Below, one piece after another: positions 50,455 to 62,830 of a stretch of DNA of 64,000 bases. The notes under the pieces were generated by a model. That model was not told the origin of the DNA, ran no database searches, and saw only the letters and a list, made by a program, of their open reading frames with translations. This DNA is from Leucoraja erinacea (Eukaryota): the NCBI RefSeq assembly GCF_028641065.1, contig NC_073405.1:14508001-14572000 (forward strand), in the 5' to 3' direction. Numbering within the stretch: position 1 is the first letter of the stretch; every line of letters begins with the position of its first letter. Position numbers and translations under genes: made by a program.

Positions 50455-52045
50455 CAATAGACAATAGAAAATACAGGAGTAGGCCATTTGGCCCTTCGAG
50501 CTAGCACCACCATTCACTGTGATCATGGCTGATCATCCACAATCAGTACCCCGTTCCTGCCTTCTCCCCATAATCCCCTGACTCACTATTTTTAAGAGCC
50601 CTATCTAGTTCTCTCTTGAAAGCATCCAGAGAACCTGCCTCCACCGCCCTCTGAGAATTCCACAGACTCACCACTCTGTGAGAAAAAAGTGTTTCTTCGT
50701 GTCCATTTTAAATGGCTTACTCCTTATTCTTAAACTGTGGCCCCTGTTTCTGGACTCCCCCAACATCGGGAACATGTTTCCTGCCTCCAGCATGTCCAAG
50801 CCCTGAACAATCTTATACGTTTCAATGAGATACCCTCTCATTCTTCTAAACTCCAGAGTGTACACGCCCAGCTGCTCCATTCTCTCAGCATATGACAGTC
50901 CCACCATCCCAGGAATTAACCTTGTAAACCTACGCTGCACTCCCTCAATAGCAAGAATGTCTTTCCTCAAATTAGGGGACCAAAACTGCACACAATACTC
51001 CAGGTGTGGTCTCACCGGGGCTCTGTACAACTGCAGAAGGACCTCTTTGCTCCTATATTCAATTCCTCTTGTTATAAAGGCCAACATGCCATTCGCTTTC
51101 TTCACTGCCTGCTGTACCTGCATGCATACTTTCATAGACTGATGTACAAGGACCCCTAGATCCCGTTGTTCTTCCCCTTTTCCCAACTTGATGCCATTTA
51201 GATAGTAATCTGCCTTCCTGTTTTTGCTACCAAAGTGGATAACCTCACATTTATCCGCATTAAACTGCCATGCATCTGCCCACTCCCCCAACCTGTCTAT
51301 GTCACCCTGTATTCCTGGGAGTCAACATCTCCGATGACCTCTCTTGGACCCACAATACCTCTACTCTGATCAAGAAGGCTCATCAGCGTCTCTTCTTCCT
51401 GAGGAGACTGAAGAAGGTCCATCTGTCTCCTCAGATCCTGGTGAACTTCTACCGCTGCACCATCGAGAGCATCCTTACCAACTGCATCACAGTATGGTAT
51501 GGCAACTGCTCTGTCTCCGACCGGAAGAGTAAAGAAGTTGCAGAGGGTGGTGAAAATTGCCCAACGCATCACCGGTTCCTCGCTCCCCTCCATTGAGTCT
51601 GTCCAAAGCAAGCGTTGTCTGCGGAGGGCGCTCAGCATCGCCAAGGACTGCTCTCACCCCAACCATGGACTGTTTACCCCTGTTACCATCCGGGGCAACA
51701 GGTTTGCTTGCCGCTTTTTAGGTTGCCAAATGACAGGTCGAGGAACAGCTTCTTTCCGGCGGCGGTTACTTGCATGAACAACGTACCTCGGTAACTTGTT
51801 CACACCCCCCCCCCCCCCCCCCCCCCCCCCGTCGGAATTTTTTTCAATTAAGCTCAATCGTTTGGATAACTCTCACATTAAATGCATTTCGTTGCCATGC
51901 ATCTGTACACTGACAATGACAATCTATGAATCTGACCCTGAATTCACATAGCATCCTCCTCACAGTTCACACTGCCACCCAGCTTTGTGTCATCTGCAAA
52001 TTTGCTAATGTTACTTTGAATCCCTTCATTGAAATCATTGATGTA
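50455..52045 (-). mobile_element. CR1 LINE 3' part, interrupted by Rex1
   Basis: ORF 50668-51291 (KCEVIHFG...RPHLEYCVQFWSP). Resumes after ~51935 (KFADDTKLGGSVNCEED). Confidence 0.92.
51311..51934 (+). mobile_element. Rex1/Babar 3' fragment, same subfamily as 14508-15450
   Basis: Near-identical sequence, flanked by accctgtattc / accctgaattc (candidate TSD). Confidence 0.9.
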
Positions 52046-53264
52046 TATTGTCCTTTTATTCTGAGGCTGTCTCTCTGGTTTTGGACTTGCCCACTACCGC
52101 AAACATTCTGGACTCGCCCACTACTGCAAACATTTTCTCCACATCCACTCTATCTAGGTCTTTCATTCACATAAGGGACGGAGAGGAGATTCAGTCACAG
52201 AGGGGAGATGAAACTCCACACAGACAGCGGGATTGGACCTGGATCTCATTGAACCAATGAGGCAGCAGCTCTATTGTGCCACCCCTATTAGCAACTATTT
52301 CAAAATACCATAATAGATGAAGTTATACAGAGTTAGGAAGTTGTGAAAACAATAAGCTTGATTCACCATCATTTCCCTGGGTAGGTGCTGGCAAGTTCAA
52401 AACTCTCATGCGATTGTTTGTAGGCTGGAACCTACTGGCAGCTATTTGCTTGTGATTCTTGGGCTACAACAGAATTCAGTGGAGAAGCAGGAGGGTACTT
52501 ACGTTAAGCATAAGTACATTGGAATCGATTTGGACAATCTCATAGTATTCCTCACCACTGATATTATTGGGAGAGAACAGGTACAGAAAAAATCAACATG
52601 TTTTTGTGCAGGAGAGTTCATGTGTCTCAAATTTGAGTGAACTTATTGAGCAGACGAGCAAGAAAATTGATGAAGACTGTGCAGTAGACATTGTTTACAT
52701 GGGTTTTAACATAGTCCCCCATGACAGGCCAGTCGAGAAAGTTCAGACACAAGGAACCTGAGGTGTTTAGAGATACAGCGTTGAAACAGGTCCTTTGGCC
52801 CACCAGGTCCATGCCGACCAGCGATCATCCTGTGCACTAGTTCTATCCTACATACTAGGGACAATTTACAGAAGCCAATTAACCCATAAACCTGCATGTC
52901 TTTGGGACGAAACCCTGCTTCCGCTACCCTACACCCATCCCTAGCACTTCCTGCCCCAGCAGAGAATCTTGTCGCCACCACACCCAGCCATCTACTCTCT
53001 ATCTTCCACTGTTCCTACTCCTGGCTTCTAGCCCAGACCCACCCTGGTCTCTGGATGTCCTTGCTTCCTGTCTGAGTGCTGTGCTGGTGCTGGTGCTGTC
53101 ACTGGATAAAGGGTCTATTGTTCTGAAAGTCTGACAGCCACACCCTGATCCTCTGGTGCACCTGAACCTCCTGCAGCTCTGTGAAGTTGTGTGATATCAT
53201 GTAGCTGACTCGTTCAGGCAATGCCAAAGACGTTCTCGGCTGCCATCTGGTCATTATCAGCTGT

Positions 53265-53760
53265 AAGTCATAAGGGATAGGAGTAGGTTTAGGTCATTCG
53301 GCCCATCAAGTCTACTCTGCCATTTAATTATGGCTGATCTATCTCCCTCCTAACCCCATTCTCCTGCCTTCTCCCCATAACCTCCGACACCTGTACTAAT
53401 CAAGAATGTATCTATCTCTGCCTTAAAAAATATCTACTGACTTGGCCTCCACAGCCTTCTGTGGCAAAGAATTCCATAGATTCACCACCCTCTGACTAAA
53501 TTCATTTCTCCTCATCTCCTTCATAAAAGAACGTTCTTTAATTCTGAGGCTATGACCTGTAGTCCTAGACTAGTGGAAACATCCTCTCCACATCCACTCT
53601 ATCCAAGCCTTTCACTATTCAGAGGTTCAATGGTCATTTATTGTCACGCGTACCAATTAAGGTACAGTGATATTCAATTTGCTATCTGTATGTTTCAATG
53701 AGGTCCCCCCTCATTCTTCTAAACTCCAGCAAGTACAGGCCCAGTGCCGACAAGCACTCA
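53265..53760 (-). mobile_element. CR1 3' end with small nested retroposon tail (~53622-53685)
   Basis: Typical CR1 3' UTR and LYLLEFRRMRGDLIETYR. Confidence 0.8.
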
Positions 53761-56700
53761 TAATAGTCTGTATGATGACAACCTGTAGTCTGTGATAAGC
53801 AGGGTTCTCATTGCACACTATCCACACATCGAAAAGCCACTGTGTCCAAACCTCTTTCTGATCTCCTGAGTTTATGAGAAAAGAAAATTTTTCCTACAAG
53901 GTGAAGCATGCCATAACTTTAGTAGCTGAGAATTCAAGTATTCCCACCATTACGGTGCTGCCGGATGGTGTGGATTGACTGTGGGGTTGAAAGAGTGCGG
54001 GTGACAGCTATTCACCAGGAAACAGGGAATAAGGAGGGAAGAGAGGAATCCAGCTTCACCTGAGTAAACTGCCACAGGTGCCTCACCCCTTCCAGTCACC
54101 CAACCAGGGTGGGACAGCGTCTCGCAAGGCAAAGACAAAAGGCTTATTCCAAAGCCAGATGAAAGACTCCACAGAAAGCAGTCAATGCCCTATATCCTAT
54201 TCTGACAGGACTGGTTACAATAATACAAGGGATTGAATTAATTCCTTTCTGTAAACACAGCATGGACAAACAATGATATACCATTACAGCATACACACAG
54301 TTTAAAGCTGATCCAGGTCCCATACTGTCACATTCATGTACAATGTTTTTGAAAGGAGAGTCATGCTGACAATCCAACTCACTTTGTGTGGGTTACTCAC
54401 AGTTTCAAAAGAATGGCAATAAATCTCTGAGTTAATGTTTCAGGCTAATGACTCCATTAGATCATGTTGCACTACGTCTGCAGCTAATCGCTCGTTGGAA
54501 GTCCTGAACTTTCTGAGAGGCTCCTGTCGCTGTTATCCTGAGTGTTCTGTACAATGTTCCTCATGGAGTTCCCTACTATGGGCTGAAGGGCCTGTTTCCA
54601 TGCTGCATTATTCTATATTCCGCATTACATTTATAGCTCAGTATCAAGTTGCTGCAGATTCTGAGCAATCATTCAGGGAAAGCTGGGCACTGAACCTGCG
54701 AGACTATCTTCACCACATGTATTGCAGCCTTTCATAAGCTGGCTCACTGCTCTCTTTGTCGAATACCCTCCAAATCCCAAAATGATTAAATGATAAACAG
54801 ACCTTTCAAATTATTAAAAAAAATACAAATAGGCAAGAGCACCAGGCAGTAATCTTTCTGTTCAGTATTACATCAAGAAGCGGTCACTTCCAGCAATTGA
54901 AGTACACTTAACACACACAAGGGAACAGCAGACCAAGCAATTGGGTTATTCCCAGCAGCCTAGGACATGTGTGTTTATAAAGTAATATAAAAATGGAGAA
55001 ATACAAGGAGATAAGAATGGACCAATGGACCAGTGGAACTGATCAGGTACCCACACAGTGGGGCAACATTGGAGGAGCAGTCAGCCTAGTCAGTCCAACT
55101 CAAAAAAAGCGTAAGCAACTCAGACTGCCTCACTGGGCATGTAGGTGGACAAGTTCAGGTGAATTAAAGTAGAAAAGGTTGAGAAATTTGTAAAGTGGTG
55201 TGGGTATTGGCAGTGTTGTAGAAGATGTAACGCACACCGTGGAGAAAGTTAGTTGGCTGTGGGATTATCGTTGTCGTAAATGATGAATTTGCACGCACCG
55301 CATTGGAAAGATTTAGCTCCTTCATCTTTTGTGGGGAAGCTAACAAATGGCACAGTGGTCATCCAGTTGATAACAGGCAACAATTAGGTATGCCTCGTGC
55401 TCTGGTTGCCATGGGGAAACCTATTAAAGGCCAAGATCCACAACGCATGTGGCATGGGTGCGGCAGCAACGGTTTTTCTGGGATACAACCCAATTTGGGG
55501 GGATGCTTATTTTGGTGTTAAATGTAGCCCAAGGCGTTGGTTTGGGATGTGCTTTCTGAATAGCCTGTGTGAGTGACTGCAGTACATTTTGTAAATTGCA
55601 CACACTGTAGCCACTGGACTAGTAGTCCATTGGGATACCATCAAGCTGGCTGCTTTGCCATGGACTTTGTTTTGCCTCCAGAGAGTTGTAGGTGCTGCAC
55701 TCATTCATGCAGGTGGAAAGGAATCCATCATGCCAATGGTGGAAAGGCCTCAGGGTGTTAGGAGGTGAGATACACTTGGCAGCATAGAGCAGTACAATGA
55801 TCAGTCTAGTAGAGCTGTTGCCTCACAGCTCTAGTGATCACTTCAATACTGACATCCAGTACCCACGTGGGTTTCCCCCCGACGTTCTAGTTTCTTCCTA
55901 CATCCAAAAGATATGTGGGTTGGTTGATTATTCGACTGCTCAGTTACCCTTAACAAGTAGATGACAATATCAGCCATTTTCCTTTGTGTGAGGGATGACT
56001 TCAGTCTTTGGAGTGTTTTCTCCTTGATGTACAGTGACCAGTTTTACCTAGGCTTCTTAATGCAACACTTGATCAAACACTTCTTTGATATCAAAGACAT
56101 GACTTTCTGACCTCACATTTGGAATTCAAAACTGTGATGATGTCTGCAGCAAATGATGGGGAGACCAAATGGAATACTAGCTTTTTTTGACAGGAATATA
56201 TGAATGAAGGAGGAAGGATATCCTATTGCATTTGTACAAGGCAACAGTAATCTTGTGTCAAAGATTATGGGGAGAAAGCAGAAGAATCGGGTTGAGATGG
56301 GGAAAATAAATCAGTCACAATTGGTGCAGTAGATCCGATGGGCCGAATGACCTAATTCCACTCTTATGCTTTACGGTCTTGTGCACAGTTTCATGCAATA
56401 GCAGATAGCTGCGAGGATTCACTGGACCGTATCAAGGGATGGAAGATTTATTATTTGAGGAGACATTGAGTAGATTGGGGCTGTAGTTTCTGGAGTTTTG
56501 GACGAAGGTCTTGGCTGTTTGGAACTGGGATGGGGAGAATTTCCTCATTCAGAAGGGAGGAGAGTTGTGGAGATTCTGAGTTAATACAAAACAGAGACCA
56601 TGGATTTCTGAACATTAAGAGGATCAAGAGACCATCGAGGGCAATGGGACCAAGTTCGAGGGTCAACCAAGACTAAGGATTAGATGGATCACTTCCCATC

Positions 56701-56875
56701 TTATTTCATATGTTGGTCTGAACCTGACACCCGAGTTCCATATTCTACCATTTCTCAACATCTTTGCTATCTTCAGCTCACAAAACATTTGGTGGGGGAG
56801 GACTGGTTAGATTATCAATGTTTCTCTGCCCCCAGTTCTCAGGACTGTTTGCAGTTCATATATCATATCATATCT

Positions 56876-57040
56876 NNNNNNNNNNNNNNNNNNNNNNNNN
56901 NNNNNNNNNNNNNNNNNNNNNNNNNNNNNNNNNNNNNNNNNNNNNNNNNNNNNNNNNNNNNNNNNNNNNNNNNNNNNNNNNNNNNNNNNNNNNNNNNNNN
57001 NNNNNNNNNNNNNNNNNNNNNNNNNNNNNNNNNNNNNNNN
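56876..57040. other. Assembly gap (165 N)
   Basis: N run. Confidence 1.
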
Positions 57041-58076
57041 AACGTATTTCCTCGAAAACCAGACGCAAAAACGCGGAGATTTTTACATATTTCCGTAGGG
57101 ATTTAATTTATGATTTCAGAAATCCAATCCTCTCTAGATTTGGTCAATTATTTCCCCAGATTTTGAATAAAATTGTTCACAAAACATCAAAAAAAATTAA
57201 AATCTGCTGCATGAGTCACAGTACCACCTCACAGATGTCCAATCACAATGGATCTCATTTACTTATATGACATCACAATGGGACAGGTGTGGGAGATTGC
57301 TACCTTCACGTGGTCCCACTAAAATCAAACTGCTGCATGAGTCACCGTGCCATCTCACAGATGTACAATCACAATGGATCTCATTTACATATGATATCAC
57401 AATGGGACAGGGGTGGGAGATCTCTCCCCCTCCCTTCCACCCCCATGCCTTTCCCCCACTGCCCCCTTCTCTCCCCTCCCCCTCTGCCTTACCCTCCTCC
57501 TCTCCCCTCCCCCTCTCCTCCTCAACCCCTCTTCTCCCCCCTCTCCCCTCTCCTCTCACATCTCCCCTTCCCCCTCCCCTCTCTATCCCCCTCCCCCCTT
57601 CCCCTCCCCCCCACCACCCCCTCCCCCCATCTCCCCTTTCACCCCCAACACTCTCTCCCCTCCCCTCATCCCCTCCCCCTCTCTCCCCCCTCCTCCCCCC
57701 CCCCTCTCTCCCCTCTCTCCCTCCCCCTCCTCCCCCACCCACCCTCTCCTCCTCCTCCCCTCCATCCCCTCTCCCTCTGTCTCTTGCCCTTCTGTCTCTG
57801 CCCCTCTCTCTCTGTCTCTCTCCATTCTCTCTTGCCCTCACTCTCTACACCCCCCCCCCCTTTCTAGACGCGCCTGCGAGTTGGGGGCTATGCGTCAGTG
57901 GATAGGGTGGTAATGGGGTAAAAGGAGCAAATTAATAATATTAATATAATATCAAGGGGGGTAGTTAGCGTGTGTGCAGGGTGGTAGTTAGTGTGCGTTA
58001 CGCCACATGCCGCCCCCACCCTCCCCCGCAACCGCACTTTGGGGGAACAGACCCAACGGGTCTGCACTTGGTCTAG
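57041..58076 (+). mobile_element. Non-autonomous Helitron (5' end in or before the gap) with internal ~125-bp tandem duplication and pyrimidine tract
   Basis: 3' hairpin CAGACCC-AAC-GGGTCTG (58048-58064), CACTTGGT-CTAG|T at 58076. Duplication at ~57200-57300 and ~57325-57422. Confidence 0.85.
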
Positions 58077-58789
58077 TAAAGTATTAAAATGATCATGTTT
58101 GTTGATCCCAATTATATTATTCAGCTTTATCCTGTATTGTTTCGAGTTGGGAGTGGTTGTTGTAAGCAAGAGTTCAAACGTTTTGGAGTCAAAAGTTCAG
58201 TTTCATTAACGTGACTGTGTAAACGTGAGGGATAAATACTCATCAGCCTTGGTGCACTGATGCTTTTGTTTGCGAGGAGCTGGCTGCCAAGATCCGGCTC
58301 CCACTTTTCATCAAGTGATGCGGGGACACACCCAGTCGGCACAGTCATACAGCACGAAAATAGACCCTTTGGCCCAACTTGTCATGTCGACCAAGATGCC
58401 CCATCTAAGCTAGTGCCATTTGCCGATTTTGGCCCATATCCCTCGGAGCCCTTCCTATCCATGTACCTGTACAAATGTATTTTAAATGTTGTAAATGTAC
58501 CTGCATTAACTGCTTCCTACGGTAGCTTATTCCATACACCACCCTCTGTGTAAAATAATTGCCCCTCAGGCTCCTATTAAAATGTTTCCCTCTCACCTTA
58601 AACATTTGCTCTCTAGTTCTTGATTTCATTACCCTGGTTAGATGCTCATTGTGTCTCAACTCCCAGTTCTCAGGTCAGGTTGCAGTTTATCCATGAGATA
58701 TTAACATTATATAGTTTGTTGATCCAGATTATAATTCCAGGGAAAAACTTGATGCATTCATTCACCTTATTTCCCTCAGTATTTTATTC

Positions 58790-59030
58790 AGGGTGGCATT
58801 GTAGAGCTGCTCCCTCATAGTGCCAGAGATCCGGTTTCAATCCTGACCTCATCTACTGTCTATGTGGAATTTGCACATTGTCCGGTGTAGGTTAGTAATT
58901 TAATTGGCCTCTGTAATTCCCCCTAGTGCATAGTTGCATGGTTGCAAAAGTAGGATAACATAGCACTAGTGTGAACAGGTTGGCATGAATTCTGTCGGCT
59001 GAAGGGCCTGTTTCTCCATGCTGTATATTT
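58790..59030 (+). mobile_element. V-SINE (HE1-like), internally deleted
   Basis: gggtggc...gtagagctgc, tcctgacctc, tgtggaatttgcac, gctgaagggcctg. Confidence 0.7.
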
Positions 59031-59969
59031 GACCTAATCAAAACCTCTACAAGATCAACTCTCAGCCTCCTACGCTCCAAGGAGTAAAGTCCACTCCAAA
59101 CCCTCCCAACAGCTCAGGCTCTCAAGTCTCGGCAACATCCTCATAAATCTTCTCTGCTCTTTCCAGCTTAATGGCATATTTCCCAATACAACCACCAAAG
59201 CTGAACACAATCATCTGTGTGGTCTCACCAGTGTCTTGTACAATTGCAAGTACAGTTCCATGACTGATGAAGGCCACATACTAAAAGTCTTCACCACCTG
59301 ATCTATCTGATACGCCACATTCAGGGAACTATGTTCTTGTACTCATAGATCCCTCTGCTTTCTCTCATTCCCAGGTATCTACATTATGAAGATCATGCCC
59401 TGGTTTAACTTCCCAAATTGCAATGCCTCATACTTAGAGGAAGAAGATTGGACTTTATTACCTTCCATCACAGTGAGGAATGTGGGGAATCCGCTGAGTT
59501 GATGTTTATGTTAACTTTTATGTAGTTGTGTGTTGTGTTGCTTTTTTTTTAGTATGGCTGTATGGTAATTTGAATTTCACTGTACCTTAATTGGTACACG
59601 TGACAATAAACTGACCTTGAAACCTTGAAACCTCACCTGAATTAAATTCCATTAGCCATTCCTTAGCCACTGAGTAACCTGGATGGTGCTCAAGAAGCAG
59701 AAGTTGCTACCAACCTCTATGGTGATGAAGTGATTAAGAGGTGTGTTATGGTCCATATCCACTCCTACCTTAACACAAACCTGCACCTACTACAATCTGC
59801 CTGCTGTCACAAAAGATCAATGGGAGATGTGATCTCGCTGGCTCTCCACTCTGCGCTGGACCTCTTGGACAATTAGAACACATACATCAGGCTGTGTTCA
59901 TTGACGGGACACAAAAAAGCTGGAGAAACTCAGCGGGTGCAGCAGCATTTATGGAGCGAAGGAAATAGG

Positions 59970-60000
59970 TAACGTTTCGGGCCGAAACCCTTCTTCAGAC
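59970..60000 (-). ncRNA. Minimal type I hammerhead ribozyme-like motif (intact core) in a 96-bp solo insertion (59906-60001)
   Basis: CUGAAGA-A-GGGU(UUCG)GCCC-GAAAC-GUU. Insert flanked by ATTGAC at 59900-59905 and 60002-60007. Confidence 0.65.
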
Positions 60001-60218
60001 TATTGACTACAGTTAGGCATTCAACAGCATCATCCCCTCCAAACTTGTCACCAAGTCCAGGGAACTGTCTGCGCATCCCTTTGCAACTGGATCCTTGACT
60101 TCCTCACCAGCAGGCCACGATAGGTACAACCTGGATAACAACACCTCCACCTTGTTAACCATCAGCAAAGGGAAACCTCAAGGCTGTGCGACCTGTCCCC
60201 TGCTCTATTCACTCTATA

Positions 60219-61256
60219 TAGGTATGTTACAAAACCTACCTGAATCGTGGCTGAGCATCTGCCCCACCCCTTGTGTGTGATTTTGGCGCTGTTTAGAGGG
60301 GGCGGGTTTAAAACGCAATTTTTACTAGGCTGTTCCAATCGAAAATGTTCAGCCTAGTAAATCATTAACGGAAAATCGCTGAAAGACCCCGTCGCAAAAG
60401 GTATTATTAGTTTTTATGGCCTTGTATAATATTTATAGTAGTTTAAAAATCACTCTCTCACTCCGCAACCTCTCGCAGCCCCAGGGTTTTATAAAGCAAA
60501 CAATTAAAGGTATGTACCTTATTTTTACATAAAATGGGGCTTCTTAAGAACCCTGTATATAAAGTTTTCTATAGCGAGTAGCTCATTTTGGGCTCTTTAT
60601 ATCCCGCAGTATTTTTCTGGGCACTTGAGGGCACAAATCCAGCGCAATGTGAACGTTCTAAACCAGCGCGTTCACAGGAACACACTAGAAAGCCGATTTA
60701 AATTGACTTTAATTTAGAGCAAATGAACACTAAATTCCTTCCATTTGGCCTATAAATTGATGTAGATGAGATTTAAAAATCATGTTTTATTGTGAATTAT
60801 TTGTGAATATTATTTGGACACTTGGGCTATTTAAAAATGTTAATCATTTATTAAGAAATGGATAGATGTTTAGTTCGGTAATTGAAGTTTGAAATTAGCT
60901 ACAATTGGGTAACTAACTAATTATATGCTTTAATTTCAGGTCATCCAAGTAAGATTATTTTATATTTGTTTCAGAATGCTTCAATCTATGATAACTGAAA
61001 ATTTCATTCAGTTCTCTTAATTTTTAAGAAGGTTATGGGCTTTTGACTGTCCACGATCACAGCTTTTTTGTTATGTCCATAGAAAATCAATAGGGAACAA
61101 GATGCTAATTTCCGAGTATGAAAATGGCCATAACCTTTTTATTACTTGAGCTATGAAAGTGAATTAGGTGTCAAATTAAACTTATTGTTATGCTTTATCT
61201 GATGGGATAAATTGCAGACTTGATTTTTTTAATCTCAAAATTTTGTAACATTGCTA
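60219..61256 (+). mobile_element. Complete non-autonomous hAT-like DNA transposon (1038 bp), copy 2
   Basis: Imperfect 16-bp TIRs TAGGTATGTTACAAAA / TTTTGTAACATTGCTA with a 7-8 bp duplication ((A)CTCTATA) of the Rex1 target. No ORF. Confidence 0.9.
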
Positions 61257-61395
61257 CTCTATACTCATGACTGTGCAGCCAGACCCAGCTCCAACTTTAA
61301 ATTCACCTTTAAATTCACTGACAACAGCATCATTGTTGGACGGATTATGGATAATGATGAGTCAGAGTATAGGAGAGAGATCAATCAGATGAGAT

Positions 61396-61782
61396 TGAAA
61401 CTTACAAAATTCTTAAGGGGTTGGACAGGCTAGATGCAGGAAGATTGTTCCCGATGTTAGGGAAGTCCAGGACAAGGGGTCACAGCTTAAGGATAAGGGG
61501 GAAATCCTTTAAAACTGAGATGAGAAGAACTTTTTTCACACAGAGAGTGGTGAATCTCTGGAACTCTCTGCCACAGAGGGTAGTCGAGTCTAGTTCATTG
61601 GCTATATTTAAGAGGGAGTTATATGTGGCCTTTGTGGCTAAGGGGATCAGAGGGTATGGAGAGAAGGAAGGTACGGGATACTGAGTTGGATGATCAGCCA
61701 TGATCATATTGAATGGCGGTGCAGGCTCGAAGGGCCGAATGGCCTACTTCTGCACCTAATTTCTATGTTTCTATGTTTCTAT
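61396..61782 (+). mobile_element. Young CR1 3' end
   Basis: Near-identical to 3775-4160 with (TTCTATGT)n tail. Confidence 0.92.
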
Positions 61783-62489
61783 GAATGTTGTGAGAACAAC
61801 AACCTTGCTGTCAATGTCAGTAAGACCAAGGAGCTGATGCTGACTTTAGAAGAGGAAGGCCGAGATACACAAAGCTGTCGTCATCGATGGGTAAGGGATG
61901 GAGGGAGTCAATATCTTCAAGTTCCAGGCCGTACATATCTCTGAAGATCTTTCCTGGACACAGCAACATTGATATAATCATAAATAAAACCCATCAAGGC
62001 CTCTACTTCCTGAGAAGGATTGAGGAGATTTGGCATGTCGATGAATACTCTCTGGAACATTTACAGGTGTACGCTAGAGATTATATTGACCAATTACATC
62101 AGAGCCTAACTCGGCAACATGAACTTCCAGGAGCGAAGGATAAAAGTGATGGAAGCTGCCTGGACCATCATGTTGACAGTCCTCCCCCCAATCAAATGGA
62201 TCTATAGGAGGCGCTGCCTGAAAAAGGCAGCCAGCATCATCAAAGACCCACAGCACACTACCCACCCTCTCATTTCACTCCTGCCAGGGGCGCCACTGAC
62301 TTTGCCAGAACTGTGCAGGCAGGTCTACAGTTCCTTCGTGTGGTGGTGCTTGTTTCAGCTCCAGGCAAAGAGCAGCCAACATTCCTAACAATCTTGAAGC
62401 CGCATGTTTACTTTCCTGATCTAATTGTCCCTCTGCCAATTAGCTTGTGACTCGGGTTAAGCTCCTTAGAGATCAGGCTTTTCAGCTTT

Positions 62490-62830
62490 GTCTAGGAAGG
62501 AACTGCAGATGCTGGTTTACACTGAAGATAGACATAAAAAGCTGGAATGACTCAGCAGGTCAGGCAGCATCTCTGGAGAAAAGGAATACGTGACGTTTCT
62601 GGTCAAGACCCTTCTTCAGACTGAGAGTCAGGGGAGAGGGGTCTGGTAACCAGGAGATCGCTTTGATCAAGGTAGATTGAAGGAAGGTGTTCAGCAAAAC
62701 GATTGCCCAGTCTGCGCTTGGTCTCACCTGGAACAACGGATACAGTTGATGAGGTTGGAGGAGGTGCAAGTGAATCTCTGCCTCACCTGAAAGGACCCTG
62801 TTGGGGTCCCTGGACAGAGTCAAACTCCTC
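62490..62830 (-). mobile_element. Penelope 3' fragment with hammerhead-like module
   Basis: GIY-YIG-adjacent remnant (~62650-62830) and core CTGAAGAAGGGTCTTGACCAGAAACGTC at 62592-62619. Confidence 0.75.

Larger units (their letters stand above)
59750..62290 (+). mobile_element. Old Rex1/Babar LINE hosting three younger insertions
   Basis: YIRLCSL/IDYS.AFN, GKPQGC..CPLLYSLY|THDC, KFTDNS, CENNNLAVNVSKTKEL, RCLKKAASIIKDP are collinear once the inserts are removed. Confidence 0.85.

Noticed and set aside
49847-50504. Pro-, Gly- and Glu-rich ORFs
   Set aside because: Artefacts of the poly-C/CCT tract, open in several frames on both strands.
51660-51945. Abruptly diverged 3' end of an otherwise near-identical Rex1 copy
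   Set aside because: Divergence clusters around a long poly-C run; more likely sequencing or consensus error than biology.
57263-57913. Overlapping Pro/Ser- and Gly/Arg-rich ORFs
   Set aside because: Low-complexity pyrimidine tract inside a Helitron.
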